Source of the DNA: Acidimicrobiia bacterium
Lineage (GTDB): Bacteria; Actinomycetota; Acidimicrobiia; Spongiisociales; CAZKJJ01
Direction of reading: 5' to 3'
Length of the DNA: 36,270 nt
Assembly: GCA_046759765.1 (NCBI GenBank)
Contig: JBHICV010000008.1
Span: forward strand, 1 to 36,270
Shown here: positions 17,140 through 25,779 of the stretch, piece after piece
Layout of the letters: each line of letters begins with the position of its first letter
How positions within the stretch are numbered: the first letter of the stretch is position 1
Made by a program: the position numbers and the translations under genes
The notes under the pieces: generated by a model
Databases searched by the model: none
What the model saw: the letters and a program-made list of their open reading frames with translations, nothing else
Told to the model about the DNA's origin: nothing

Positions 17140-18953
17140 CCAAGTTAGCCGAGGAGACCGCGCTTGAAGCCCCGTCATCTCTGGCAGACGCCTACGAGTG
17201 GGGAAAGGTCGCCCGCTGGGGGCTGTTTGCCGGTATCACCTTCGCTTTTGTGGCCTCGATAGGCGCCGTCGAGAGGCTGTCCGACCGATTTGTGATCGAT
17301 CCGATCCTGAACATGGGTTACGCAGCGATCATCTGGATCCCGCTGGCGTTCGGGTACATCGCCTCCCGGAAGCCGTCATTCGAGGGTCTGCCGGCCCCGG
17401 TCAACGATCGGACCAACGTGATTGCCGGCGCCCTGGCCGGGCTCATCGGGGGCGTGGTCGCCTCTGGCTTTCTCGTTTTGATCGATGCTGTCGATCTTCG
17501 TAGCGTCTTCAGAAATATCTCCCCGGCCCTATTGGATCTTCTGACGTTCGGGCGCGGCCTTGGCTTCGGCATTGCGGTGTTGGTAGTGCCCGGTGTCGTT
17601 CTCGGCGGACTGGGGGGGGCGATGCATCTCTTGTCCCCTGGCTGGCGTAAAGCCGTCGGGGGTGGGCTGCTCTGGGTTCTGATCATCGGCTTTCTTCAGA
17701 TCCCGGTGACCCAGATCCTCAAAGAGCTTTCGCTCGACTTCATCCCCGACGCTATGTATGGCAATTTCGGCGGGCTCACCTGGTACACCGCCCTGATCGT
17801 CTTCGCCATCGCCGTTATCCTTTCGCTGCGGTACAGCAGTCGGGGTGTCGGCTTCCGAGCTCGCTGGGAGGCTCAGTCCGAGGGGCAGAAACGGCGCAAC
17901 GGGCTGATCCTCGCGGTGGCTCTTCTGCTCGCGGCAGCTGTCCTGCCAGCATTCCTGGGCAGCTTCCTCAATGACCTGCTGTCCACAGTGGGTCTGTTCC
18001 TGCTGATGGGGCTCGGCCTCAACATCGTCGTGGGTCTGGCCGGCCTGCTCGACCTGGGCTACGTGGCCTTCTTCGCGGTCGGCGCCTACGCGACCGCTGT
18101 TCTCACATCTCCCGGGTCCCCGGCCTTGACACCACAGCTGACCTTCATCCTGGCGATCCTGTTCGTAGTGCTGGCAGCGGCGATCGCGGGCATCTTCGTC
18201 GGTACTCCGGTCATCAGGATGAGAGGCGACTACCTGGCCATCGTGACGCTCGGGTTCGGTGAGATCGCTCGAATCATGCTGGGTTCGGACTGGCTGAAGC
18301 CAGTATTCGGCGGTGCGCAGGGCATCCTGCAGATCCCCGCGATCGAGCTCGGTCCGATCACGATCCGGGGAACCGACAACCAAGCAGTTCTGTACATCGT
18401 GTTTGCCTTTTTGGTGCTCACCGTTTATGTGTCATGGCGTCTCCAGGAGTCTCGGGTGGGAAGGGCCTGGATGGCCATGCGGGAGGATGAACAGGTGGCC
18501 GAGGTGATGGGCATCAACACGGTGCAAGCCAAGTTGCTCGCCTTCGTTGTCGGGGCGATCATGGCTTCCTTCGGTGGCGCCCTCTTCGCCTCCAAGATCG
18601 GATCAGTCTTCCCCAACAGCTTCGAACTTGAAATCTCGCTCATCGTGCTGGTGCTGATCATCGTGGGCGGGATGGGCAGCATCCCCGGAGTAGCGGTAGG
18701 CGCGCTCGTGTTGATCGGCGTTCTCGGCGGACCCCGAACGTCGGGCCTGCTGAGAGAGTTCGAGGAGTTCAAGCTGCTGATCTACGGCGCCCTTCTGATC
18801 TTCATGATGCTCAAACGACCAGAAGGCTTGGTACCGAGCAAGCGAAGGGCACAGGAGTTACACCAAGAGGAGTTCATGCAGGATGCCTGGCTCAGGGGTG
18901 AGACGGAAGACGACGAGGGCTCGGCTGAGCCTCTTGCCGAGAGTGCCGGCTGA
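17136..18953 (+). CDS. livM: Branched-chain amino acid ABC transporter permease LivM with long N-terminal membrane extension
   Basis: GLNIVVGLAGLLDLGYVAFFAVGAY, RMRGDYLAIVTLGFGEI, SRVGRAWMAMREDE, RPEGL; ATGA overlap. Confidence 0.92.
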   Translation: MTKLAEETALEAPSSLADAYEWGKVARWGLFAGITFAFVASIGAVERLSDRFVIDPILNMGYAAIIWIPLAFGYIASRKPSFEGLPAPVNDRTNVIAGALAGLIGGVVASGFLVLIDAVDLRSVFRNISPALLDLLTFGRGLGFGIAVLVVPGVVLGGLGGAMHLLSPGWRKAVGGGLLWVLIIGFLQIPVTQILKELSLDFIPDAMYGNFGGLTWYTALIVFAIAVILSLRYSSRGVGFRARWEAQSEGQKRRNGLILAVALLLAAAVLPAFLGSFLNDLLSTVGLFLLMGLGLNIVVGLAGLLDLGYVAFFAVGAYATAVLTSPGSPALTPQLTFILAILFVVLAAAIAGIFVGTPVIRMRGDYLAIVTLGFGEIARIMLGSDWLKPVFGGAQGILQIPAIELGPITIRGTDNQAVLYIVFAFLVLTVYVSWRLQESRVGRAWMAMREDEQVAEVMGINTVQAKLLAFVVGAIMASFGGALFASKIGSVFPNSFELEISLIVLVLIIVGGMGSIPGVAVGALVLIGVLGGPRTSGLLREFEEFKLLIYGALLIFMMLKRPEGLVPSKRRAQELHQEEFMQDAWLRGETEDDEGSAEPLAESAG

Positions 18954-19741
18954 TGGCGCTGCTCGAAACCCTTCAGCTCACCAAGCGTTTCGGGGGTTTG
19001 GAGGCCGTGTCCAAACTCGATTTCTGGATCGAAGAGGGTGAGATCGTGAGCGTGATCGGACCTAACGGTGCCGGCAAGACGACCTTCTTCAACGTAATCA
19101 CCGGGATGCAGGATCCCGACGGGGGCGAAATCATCTTCCAAGGCGAGGACATCGCCGGCTTGGACCCGAGCACGATCACTGCGATGGGAATCGCCCGGAC
19201 GTTTCAGAACGTCCGGCTGTTCCCGAACATGACCGTTCTGGAGAACATGATGGTGGCTCAGCACTGCCGCACCCGAGTGGGCGTATTCGGGGCTGTACTC
19301 CAAACCAAGGGCTTCAAAACCGAGGAAGAGGAGATCAGGGAGCGGGGCAAGGACGTGCTTTCTTTCTTCGGCAGTCGCCTGGTGGGCTATCGGTTCGATC
19401 AACCGGCATTCGTCCTGTCCTACGCCAACCGCCGCCGGTTGGAGATCGCCCGAGCCATGGCCACTCAGCCCAACCTCCTGCTGTTGGATGAGCCGACCGC
19501 CGGGATGAACCCGCGGGAGACGGCCGAGTTGACCGAGTTGATCGGAAAGCTCAGAGATGACAAAGGCTTCACGGTGGTGCTAATCGAGCACGACATGAAG
19601 GTCGTGCGAGATGTGTCAGACCGTGTGGTGGTGCTCGACCACGGAGCGCAGATCGCCGAGGGCAGTTACGACGAGGTCTCGAGCAACGAAGACGTCATCG
19701 AGGCCTACCTCGGTCGGCCCGCAGAGGGCGGCCCAGGATGA
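18953..19741 (+). CDS. livG: Branched-chain amino acid ABC transporter ATP-binding protein LivG
   Basis: GPNGAGKTT, GIARTFQN, LLLLDEPTAG, LIEHDM, VIEAYLG. Confidence 0.95.
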   Translation: MALLETLQLTKRFGGLEAVSKLDFWIEEGEIVSVIGPNGAGKTTFFNVITGMQDPDGGEIIFQGEDIAGLDPSTITAMGIARTFQNVRLFPNMTVLENMMVAQHCRTRVGVFGAVLQTKGFKTEEEEIRERGKDVLSFFGSRLVGYRFDQPAFVLSYANRRRLEIARAMATQPNLLLLDEPTAGMNPRETAELTELIGKLRDDKGFTVVLIEHDMKVVRDVSDRVVVLDHGAQIAEGSYDEVSSNEDVIEAYLGRPAEGGPG

Positions 19742-20481
19742 CCACGAACGGCCGGGCGGTTCTCGAGTTCAAAGACGTGAACACTTGGTATGGCCCGGTT
19801 CACGTTCTGAGGAACGTCAATCTCGAGATTCGGCCGGGCGAGATCGTTTGTCTTCTGGGCGGCAATGCCAGTGGCAAGACAACCACCCTCAAGGCCATTC
19901 TCGGCATGATTCGTCCACCGGCGGGCAACGTTCGCGGTGAGGTCCTGCTCGAAGGAAATGACATCACTGAGACTTCGACGTCGCGAATCGTGGAACAGGG
20001 CATATCGATGGTCCCTGAGAACAGAAGGCTGTTCAAGCGGATGACCGTGAAAGAGAACCTGGAGATTGGGGCCTTTATGCGAGGCAGCCAGGACGGGCTC
20101 GAGGAAGACTACGAACGTATCTTCGAGCTGTTTCCCCGGGTCGAAGAGCGCCTCCATCAAAAGGCAGGGACGCTCTCCGGTGGAGAGCAGCAGATGGTGG
20201 CGGTGGGACGAGCTCTCATGGCTCGACCCAAGGTCCTGCTGATGGACGAGCCGTCGATGGGACTGGCACCGGTTCTCGTTGCCCAGAACTTCGAGATCAT
20301 CCGGCAGATCAACGAGGCCGGTACCACCGTGTTTGTGGTCGAGCAGAACGCGAATATGGCGCTCTCGATCGCCAACCGTGGCTACGTACTACAGACCGGA
20401 CAGATTGTCCTGTCTGACACGGCGGAGGGACTACTGGCCAATCCGCAGATGCGGCAGGCTTACCTGGGCGAGGTGGACTAG
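19738..20481 (+). CDS. livF: Branched-chain amino acid ABC transporter ATP-binding protein LivF
   Basis: GGNASGKTT, LSGGEQQM, MDEPSMGLAP, VEQNA, RGYVLQTG. Confidence 0.95.
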   Translation: MTTNGRAVLEFKDVNTWYGPVHVLRNVNLEIRPGEIVCLLGGNASGKTTTLKAILGMIRPPAGNVRGEVLLEGNDITETSTSRIVEQGISMVPENRRLFKRMTVKENLEIGAFMRGSQDGLEEDYERIFELFPRVEERLHQKAGTLSGGEQQMVAVGRALMARPKVLLMDEPSMGLAPVLVAQNFEIIRQINEAGTTVFVVEQNANMALSIANRGYVLQTGQIVLSDTAEGLLANPQMRQAYLGEVD

Positions 20482-20483
20482 GA

Positions 20484-20544
20484 CCCTCCCCCGCTGCTTC
20501 GCAGCTTCCCCCTCCCGCAAGGCGGGAGGGGGTCAGGGGGAGGG
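20484..20544. terminator. Branched GC-rich hairpin between convergent livF and htrA (terminator or REP-like)
   Basis: Outer arms CCCTCCCCC/GGGGGAGGG enclose GCTGC-TTC-GCAGC and the 11-bp stem CCCCCTCCCGC-AAG-GCGGGAGGGGG. Confidence 0.6.
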
Positions 20545-20565
20545 GGCTGGGGCAACCCTCGTTTG

Positions 20566-21705
20566 CTACGGAGTCTGTTCGGTCCTGTCGCCCAGCGTTG
20601 CGCGGATGGTCAGCTCCTGGGAACCTCGCACGACTTCAAACGTGACTTCGTCGTCGGGTTGTGAGGTGCTCACAAGGCCGGCCAGGGCGGCGAAACTCTC
20701 GATCGGCATGCCGTCGTAGGAGACAACAAGGTCGCCCGGCTGCAACCCGGCCGCGTCTGCGGCGGAGTCGGGCACCACATCGGTGATGAGGGCTCCCGCC
20801 CGTCCGAGATCCGGGTCGATTCCCATGATTCCCAGGAAGGCGGCTCTAATCGGCTCACCGGCGACGAGTCGGTCGGCGGACGCAAGAGCGGTGCCGATAG
20901 GGATCGCGAAGCCGATCCCGTCGTTGCCGCCGGAAAGGGAGAATATGGCGTCGTTGATGCCGATTACCTCTCCGTCCCGGTTGGCAAGTACGCCGCCTGA
21001 GTTGCCCGGGTTGATCGGAGCATCCGTCTGGATCATCGTCCGGATCCGCCCATCGGGCCCGGGGACCGCTTCGGCGACCGCGCTGACAACTCCGGCTGTG
21101 ACGGTGCCGTTCAGTCCGAACGGGCTGCCGATGGCGACGGCCATCTGGCCGACAACTAGCTCCTCCCGGAGAGCGAGCGGCGCGGCTGGAAGGCCCGTCT
21201 CATTTACCTGAAGCACCGCGACGTCGGACGCAGGGTCCGTTCCCACCACGATGCCCTCCAGGCGAGTGCCGTCGCTGAGCACTACCGAGACCCCGGAGGC
21301 CCCTTCGACGACATGCGCGGCGGTGAGGATCAGCCCGTCGGAGTCGTAGATCACTCCCGAACCCAGTCCGAATCCGGTTTCGAGTTGAACCACCGAAGGC
21401 GAGAGAGAGGCGGCCACCGCCGCCACCGGCTCCTCGGTGTTCTGACGCGGGGTGGTTGTCGGCTCCGGTTGGGGGATCGGATCGGGTTCCGCGACCACGG
21501 CGGCAGGCGTTTCGGCGGGTGAGTCCCCGGCCGGCAGGCTCGCTCGCCCGGCCATGAACGCGCCAATGGCCACTATGGCCACGAGGAGGGTGGCGATGGT
21601 CGCCAGGATTCCGCCGTAGTGGTGCCGGTTCTTTTCCTCAGTCCCGGCGTCCTGGTCCGATGGATACCCAGGTTCAGTGCCGGGCAGAGACGACATTTGA
21701 GTCAT
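20566..21705 (-). CDS. htrA: HtrA/DegP-family (S1C) membrane-anchored serine protease with one PDZ domain
   Basis: TM anchor; triad motifs LTAAHVV, SDVAV, TDAPINPGNSGG; C-terminal PDZ (AFLGI...SAADAAGLQPGD); GGAGG RBS. Confidence 0.93.
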   Translation of the reverse strand: MTQMSSLPGTEPGYPSDQDAGTEEKNRHHYGGILATIATLLVAIVAIGAFMAGRASLPAGDSPAETPAAVVAEPDPIPQPEPTTTPRQNTEEPVAAVAASLSPSVVQLETGFGLGSGVIYDSDGLILTAAHVVEGASGVSVVLSDGTRLEGIVVGTDPASDVAVLQVNETGLPAAPLALREELVVGQMAVAIGSPFGLNGTVTAGVVSAVAEAVPGPDGRIRTMIQTDAPINPGNSGGVLANRDGEVIGINDAIFSLSGGNDGIGFAIPIGTALASADRLVAGEPIRAAFLGIMGIDPDLGRAGALITDVVPDSAADAAGLQPGDLVVSYDGMPIESFAALAGLVSTSQPDDEVTFEVVRGSQELTIRATLGDRTEQTP

Positions 21706-21733
21706 CGATGCCTCCAGATTGTTCGCCCCCTGA

Positions 21734-21776
21734 CAACGAGGAACGGGCGCGGAATGTTGCTAAGAATCCGATGAGA
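21734..21776 (-). promoter_or_regulatory. Candidate ECF-sigma promoter with adjacent OmpR-family (MprA-like) direct repeat upstream of htrA
   Basis: Minus strand reads TCTCAT-cggat-TCTTAG, overlapping by one base into GCAAC-N17-CGTTG. Confidence 0.55.
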
Positions 21777-21797
21777 TTCAGGGCTAAGGAACGAGGG

Positions 21798-22673
21798 CTA
21801 CTTGGCCGCCGTGGCGACCGCGAACTGGAAGATCACATTTGCCGCCAGAATCACCGTCTGCTCTCGCACGTCGGTCATCGGGTTGACTTCATTGAGACAC
21901 ATGCCCTCTACCAGCGGAGCCAGGCCGACCACCAGGTCGAGTAGCTGTCGGGAAGTGAGGCCTCCGGGTTCGTGCCAGCCGACTCCGGGGGCGTGGGCCG
22001 GATCGAGAACGTCCATATCGAGAGCCAGGAAGGTGCGATCGACGCCCGCAGTGTGCTCGGCCAGCTGCTCCAAGAGCGCGTCCGTCGCGAGGTTGTGAAC
22101 GACGGTGGCAGGGATCTCGAGTAGTCCGACCTCGTCGATGAAGCGCTTGGAGGAGGCATAGTTCAGGTTCCGAGTACCGACCTGAACACTGGCACCTGGG
22201 TCTACGTGCTCGAGTTCCAGTGCTCGTCTCATGCCGCTCGAGTGGCTGAAGCGTCCTTGCTCCGGAGACTCGTCGAGTAGATCCAGATGCGCGTCGAAGT
22301 GGATGATCGCGAGCGATCCCTCTCCGGCGTCATGGACGGCAGCTACCGCCGGAAACAGGATCGAGTCATCACCCCCTACGACGATTGGTTTGCGGCCGGC
22401 ACGTATCTCATCAGCTGCCAACAAGCGAACGGCTGAGAACGTGGCTGCAGTGTCGTGCGGCACGACCGACGCGTCACCCACGTCGACCAGCGGATCCGCT
22501 TCGAGCTCGACAACGCGGTCTTGATCCAGCCAATACACCTCTCCGTCCTGGACCCGCATCTCCATCCAACTGAGGTGCCGCCGGATGGCCTCGGGTGCGT
22601 ATCTAGCTCCGGGCCACCCGAGCGTCGCCTCGCCGTCGAATGGGACTCCGATGAACGAGCAGGTCGAGCTCAC
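21798..22673 (-). CDS. Ureohydrolase (agmatinase/arginase family) protein, substrate unknown
   Basis: GVPFD, PGARYAP, GGDDS, HFDAHLD, LDMDVLDPAHAPGV, EPGGL, EVNP. Confidence 0.88.
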   Translation of the reverse strand: MSSTCSFIGVPFDGEATLGWPGARYAPEAIRRHLSWMEMRVQDGEVYWLDQDRVVELEADPLVDVGDASVVPHDTAATFSAVRLLAADEIRAGRKPIVVGGDDSILFPAVAAVHDAGEGSLAIIHFDAHLDLLDESPEQGRFSHSSGMRRALELEHVDPGASVQVGTRNLNYASSKRFIDEVGLLEIPATVVHNLATDALLEQLAEHTAGVDRTFLALDMDVLDPAHAPGVGWHEPGGLTSRQLLDLVVGLAPLVEGMCLNEVNPMTDVREQTVILAANVIFQFAVATAAK

Positions 22674-22737
22674 ATCGGGAGATTACGCCGTAGGTAGAAC
22701 GCAAACGATGCGACTGTCGTTAGCCTCTCTGAAGGGC

Positions 22738-23445
22738 ATGACTCTTGAGATTTGCAGCACAGACGCGTACGCGCGGTCGGTAGAAGCCACAGTCACCGAG
22801 GTCGCCGACGATGGCGTTGTGCTTGACCGCACCGTCTTCTATTCCCGTGGAGGGGGTCAGCCAGGCGATACGGGAACTCTCACCTGGAGTGACGGAAAAG
22901 CTCTCGTCACCGACACTGTTCGCCGGGGCGGATATCCACTTCATCAGCTCAACGGGTCGGCCCCGGGGGTCGGAACAGCTGTCACCGGCGAGATCGACTG
23001 GGAACGGCGCCACCGACTAATGCGGACCCACACCGCCCTCCACACTCTCACTGCAGTGATCTGGCGTGACTTCGACGCCAAGGTTACGGGCGGCAACATG
23101 GAGCCCGGCACCGCGCGAATGGATTTCGAGCTCGAATCCATCTCGGTCGAGTTCGGCCGAGAGGTCGAGGCCAGGCTCAACGAGGAGCTGGCACAGGATT
23201 ATCCCGTCGAGGTGCGTTTTCTTCCTAGGTCGGAAGCGCTTTCCGATCCGGATCTGATTCGCACCAAGGTGAACCTCATTCCGGAGCACATCGACCCGAT
23301 CAGAGTCATCGACATCGTTGGCTTGGACAAGCAGGCAGACGGCGGCACACACGTTCGGTCGTCGGGCGAGGTCGGTCTGGTCAAGGTGACCAAGACCGAG
23401 AGTAAGGGGAAGGCGAACAAGAGGATCAGGATCGAGCTGTCTTGA
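22738..23445 (+). CDS. alaX: Free-standing alanyl-tRNA editing protein AlaX
   Basis: LDRTVFYSRGGGQPGDTG, MRTHTALH, QADGGTH, KGKANKRIRI; start set at ATG 22738. Confidence 0.92.
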   Translation: MTLEICSTDAYARSVEATVTEVADDGVVLDRTVFYSRGGGQPGDTGTLTWSDGKALVTDTVRRGGYPLHQLNGSAPGVGTAVTGEIDWERRHRLMRTHTALHTLTAVIWRDFDAKVTGGNMEPGTARMDFELESISVEFGREVEARLNEELAQDYPVEVRFLPRSEALSDPDLIRTKVNLIPEHIDPIRVIDIVGLDKQADGGTHVRSSGEVGLVKVTKTESKGKANKRIRIELS

Positions 23446-24410
23446 TCGACTTCCTGCTGGGGCTCGCGTTTGCCGCGCTGATCATCCGAGGTTGGATGCG
23501 CGGGTTTGTCCGCGAGAGCATGGACCTGGTTGGCATCGTCGTCGGCATTGCCATCGGCTTCCGGCTGAGCGGCCCCGTAGGCGAGTTCCTCGCTGAGCGC
23601 TTTGGAATGTCCCCTGAAATCTCCCGCGTGATCGCAGGCGTGGCGATCTTCTTGATGGTCGGGCTGGCCGCTTCGCTAGTTGCCCGCTGGCTGTCCAGGG
23701 TGGCAAACCTGCCGGGTCTGCGGTTGGGCAACAAAGCGCTGGGCTCGGCGGTCGCCCTCGCCTGGGGCGTGTTCCTCGCCATTCTTGTTCTCTCCGTCGC
23801 AGTCGCTCTGCCGCTGCCGCCCTCCGTTGATGAGCAGGTCCAGGGCTCGGCGATCGCCCGGGAGCTGACCGATCCAGGGGGCCTCCCGCAGCACGCCTTC
23901 CACATGGTGGCCGGTGATCAGGTGCTCGAAGCGGTAGTGAATCTGGAGCAGCTGCTTGATACCGAGAAGGTCATCCTTGAAACGGACCAGACGTTTCCAT
24001 TGGTTGTCGTCGATCCGTCCGAACTCTCGGTCGCTTCGGGAGCCGCGCAAGACATATACGAGCGTGTCAATCGATCCCGGATCGAGGCAGGTCTCGACCC
24101 CCTTCAGTGGACTGAGGGCCTCGCGTTCGTGGGGGAGCAGTATGCCTGGGAGATGTATACCGAGGGGTTCTTTGGTCACACCTCACCTACGACGGGCGAT
24201 GTGGGAGACCGAGTAGAGGCAGCAGGGATTCCGTATGTCCTGGTGGGCGAGAATCTCGCGCTGGCTCCAACGGCGGCCACGGTTCACGAAGGACTGATGT
24301 CGTCTGAGGGGCACAGGGCAAACATTCTGGAACCGGATTTCACCAAGGTTGGGATCGGGGTAGTCGCGGGCCCGTTGGGGCTCATGGTGGTCCAGGTGTT
24401 CACGCGGTGA
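23442..24410 (+). CDS. CvpA (colicin V production) membrane domain fused to a CAP/SCP domain
   Basis: N-terminal IDFLL...IRGWMRGFVRE...NKALG (CvpA-like); C-terminal GFFGHTSP, GENLA, LMSSEGHRANIL, VGIGV (CAP). TTGA overlap with alaX. Confidence 0.85.
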   Translation: MIDFLLGLAFAALIIRGWMRGFVRESMDLVGIVVGIAIGFRLSGPVGEFLAERFGMSPEISRVIAGVAIFLMVGLAASLVARWLSRVANLPGLRLGNKALGSAVALAWGVFLAILVLSVAVALPLPPSVDEQVQGSAIARELTDPGGLPQHAFHMVAGDQVLEAVVNLEQLLDTEKVILETDQTFPLVVVDPSELSVASGAAQDIYERVNRSRIEAGLDPLQWTEGLAFVGEQYAWEMYTEGFFGHTSPTTGDVGDRVEAAGIPYVLVGENLALAPTAATVHEGLMSSEGHRANILEPDFTKVGIGVVAGPLGLMVVQVFTR

Positions 24411-24421
24411 CTCCCAGTAGC

Positions 24422-24469
24422 TTTCCTGTCAATCTCAGTGCCGCTGAGCGGCATTTCGATTGACAGAAA
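24422..24469. repeat. REP-like palindromic element, copy 3
   Basis: TTTCCTGTCAAT...CGATTGACAGAAA; TGTCAAT at 24427 and CGATTGAC at 24457, the same 30-nt offset as the other copies. Confidence 0.8.
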
Positions 24470-24483
24470 CGTGGGCGAAGGCA

Positions 24484-24798
24484 ATGTCCGGTGATCGTCA
24501 GGTCGTCATTGTCTCAGACAATCTCCTTGACCGCGCCCGCATCGAGGAAACGGCGCGAGCCGCCGGCTGGGAGCCAGTCCCTTGGTCCTCGGAGAGTGAC
24601 AAAGCCGACCTAGCTGTAGTGGACCTTCAATCTGAAAAAGCGGAAGCCGCCATAGGGGCGCTGGCGGTCCACTCGAGGGTCGTTGCCTTTGGCTCCCATG
24701 TCGATACGGATGCTTTGGCCGCCGCCGAAGGCCTTGGAGCTGATGCGTTACCGAGGTCCCGCTTCTTCGCGCGACTTGAGGAGCTCTTCGTCGTCTGA
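24484..24798 (+). CDS. Small hypothetical protein, degenerate receiver-like fold
   Basis: DNLLDRARI...LAVVDL...VVAFGSHVD...ALPRSRFF shows an alternating beta/alpha pattern; ATG at 24484. Confidence 0.65.
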   Translation: MSGDRQVVIVSDNLLDRARIEETARAAGWEPVPWSSESDKADLAVVDLQSEKAEAAIGALAVHSRVVAFGSHVDTDALAAAEGLGADALPRSRFFARLEELFVV

Positions 24799-25752
24799 CT
24801 CGTAGATCGGATCGGGCACCAGCACGATCTTGCCGAAACTGACTCCTGTCGCGACTCGCTTGTGTGCCGCGGCGGCGGCCGATAGAGGGAGGATCGAGTC
24901 GACAACGGGGTGGAATGTGCCCTCCTCCACCATCGCCAATATATGGGTCACGTCTCGAGCATCGACTTCATCAACATCAGCGCGGCGATCCTCCGCGCAA
25001 ATGATTCGCCCTTTCCGCTCCAACATGCCGACATTCGAGCGCAGCGTGTTGCGTGCTATTGAGTCGAAGATCAAGGTGGCACGACGACCGCCGAAAGCGT
25101 GGATCACTCGGTCGCTGAGATCATCGGCGGAACGTGACACCACCCTGTGTGCGCCGAGGCTCATCAGACGCTTTGCTTTGGTCCCATCGGCGACTGCGAC
25201 GACAGTGGCGCCCTTCCAGCGAGCGATCTGAACGGCCGCCGCGCCCACGCCGCCGGACGCTCCGGTAACCAGGACCCGCTCCCGGTTCTCAAAACGGTCC
25301 AGACGACCGATCTCGGCCTTGTGAACGAGAGCCACCCACGCGATCGCAAAGGTTCGTCCGACCGCAGCCGCGGTCGCAAATCCGACTCGGTTCGGCACCG
25401 GATACAGCTCCGACGTCTCGGCGATGACGAACTCGGCGTATCCGCCGTCTCGGTCACGTCCCATCGCCTCCGAGCAAGCCAACACCCGATCGCCGATGGT
25501 GGTGCCATGAGCGCCTGCGGCGGTCGCCTCGACCGTTCCGGCGACCTCTCCGCCGAGGATGTGAGGAAGGCCTTTGCCCAGCGGCTCCGTTCCGTCACGA
25601 AACGTCAGATCGGCGTGCGATACCGAGGCGGCGTGAACCCGAACTAGGACCTCCCCGGGCCCTGGTTCGGGGCGATCTACACGCTGCAGTCGAAGCACAT
25701 GGGGTCCCCCGGTCTGCTCCATGACCACAGCGCTCATGGGTGCAGGCACCAT
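24748..25752 (-). CDS. MDR-family (quinone oxidoreductase/zeta-crystallin-like) oxidoreductase
   Basis: GGPHVL, PGPGEVLVRV, PHILGGEVAG, GGYAEF, VLVTGASGGVG, FGKIVL. Confidence 0.85.
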   Translation of the reverse strand: MVPAPMSAVVMEQTGGPHVLRLQRVDRPEPGPGEVLVRVHAASVSHADLTFRDGTEPLGKGLPHILGGEVAGTVEATAAGAHGTTIGDRVLACSEAMGRDRDGGYAEFVIAETSELYPVPNRVGFATAAAVGRTFAIAWVALVHKAEIGRLDRFENRERVLVTGASGGVGAAAVQIARWKGATVVAVADGTKAKRLMSLGAHRVVSRSADDLSDRVIHAFGGRRATLIFDSIARNTLRSNVGMLERKGRIICAEDRRADVDEVDARDVTHILAMVEEGTFHPVVDSILPLSAAAAAHKRVATGVSFGKIVLVPDPIYESDDEELLKSREEAGPR

Positions 25753-25779
25753 GTTCAGTCTACGGAGACGTCCTTCTCG

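Noticed and set aside
15922..17178. Long antisense ORFs such as 15922..17178, 7414..8406, 17529..18383, 29667..30470 and 35057..35938
   Set aside because: They overlap well-supported genes on the opposite strand, as expected from stop-codon scarcity at high GC.
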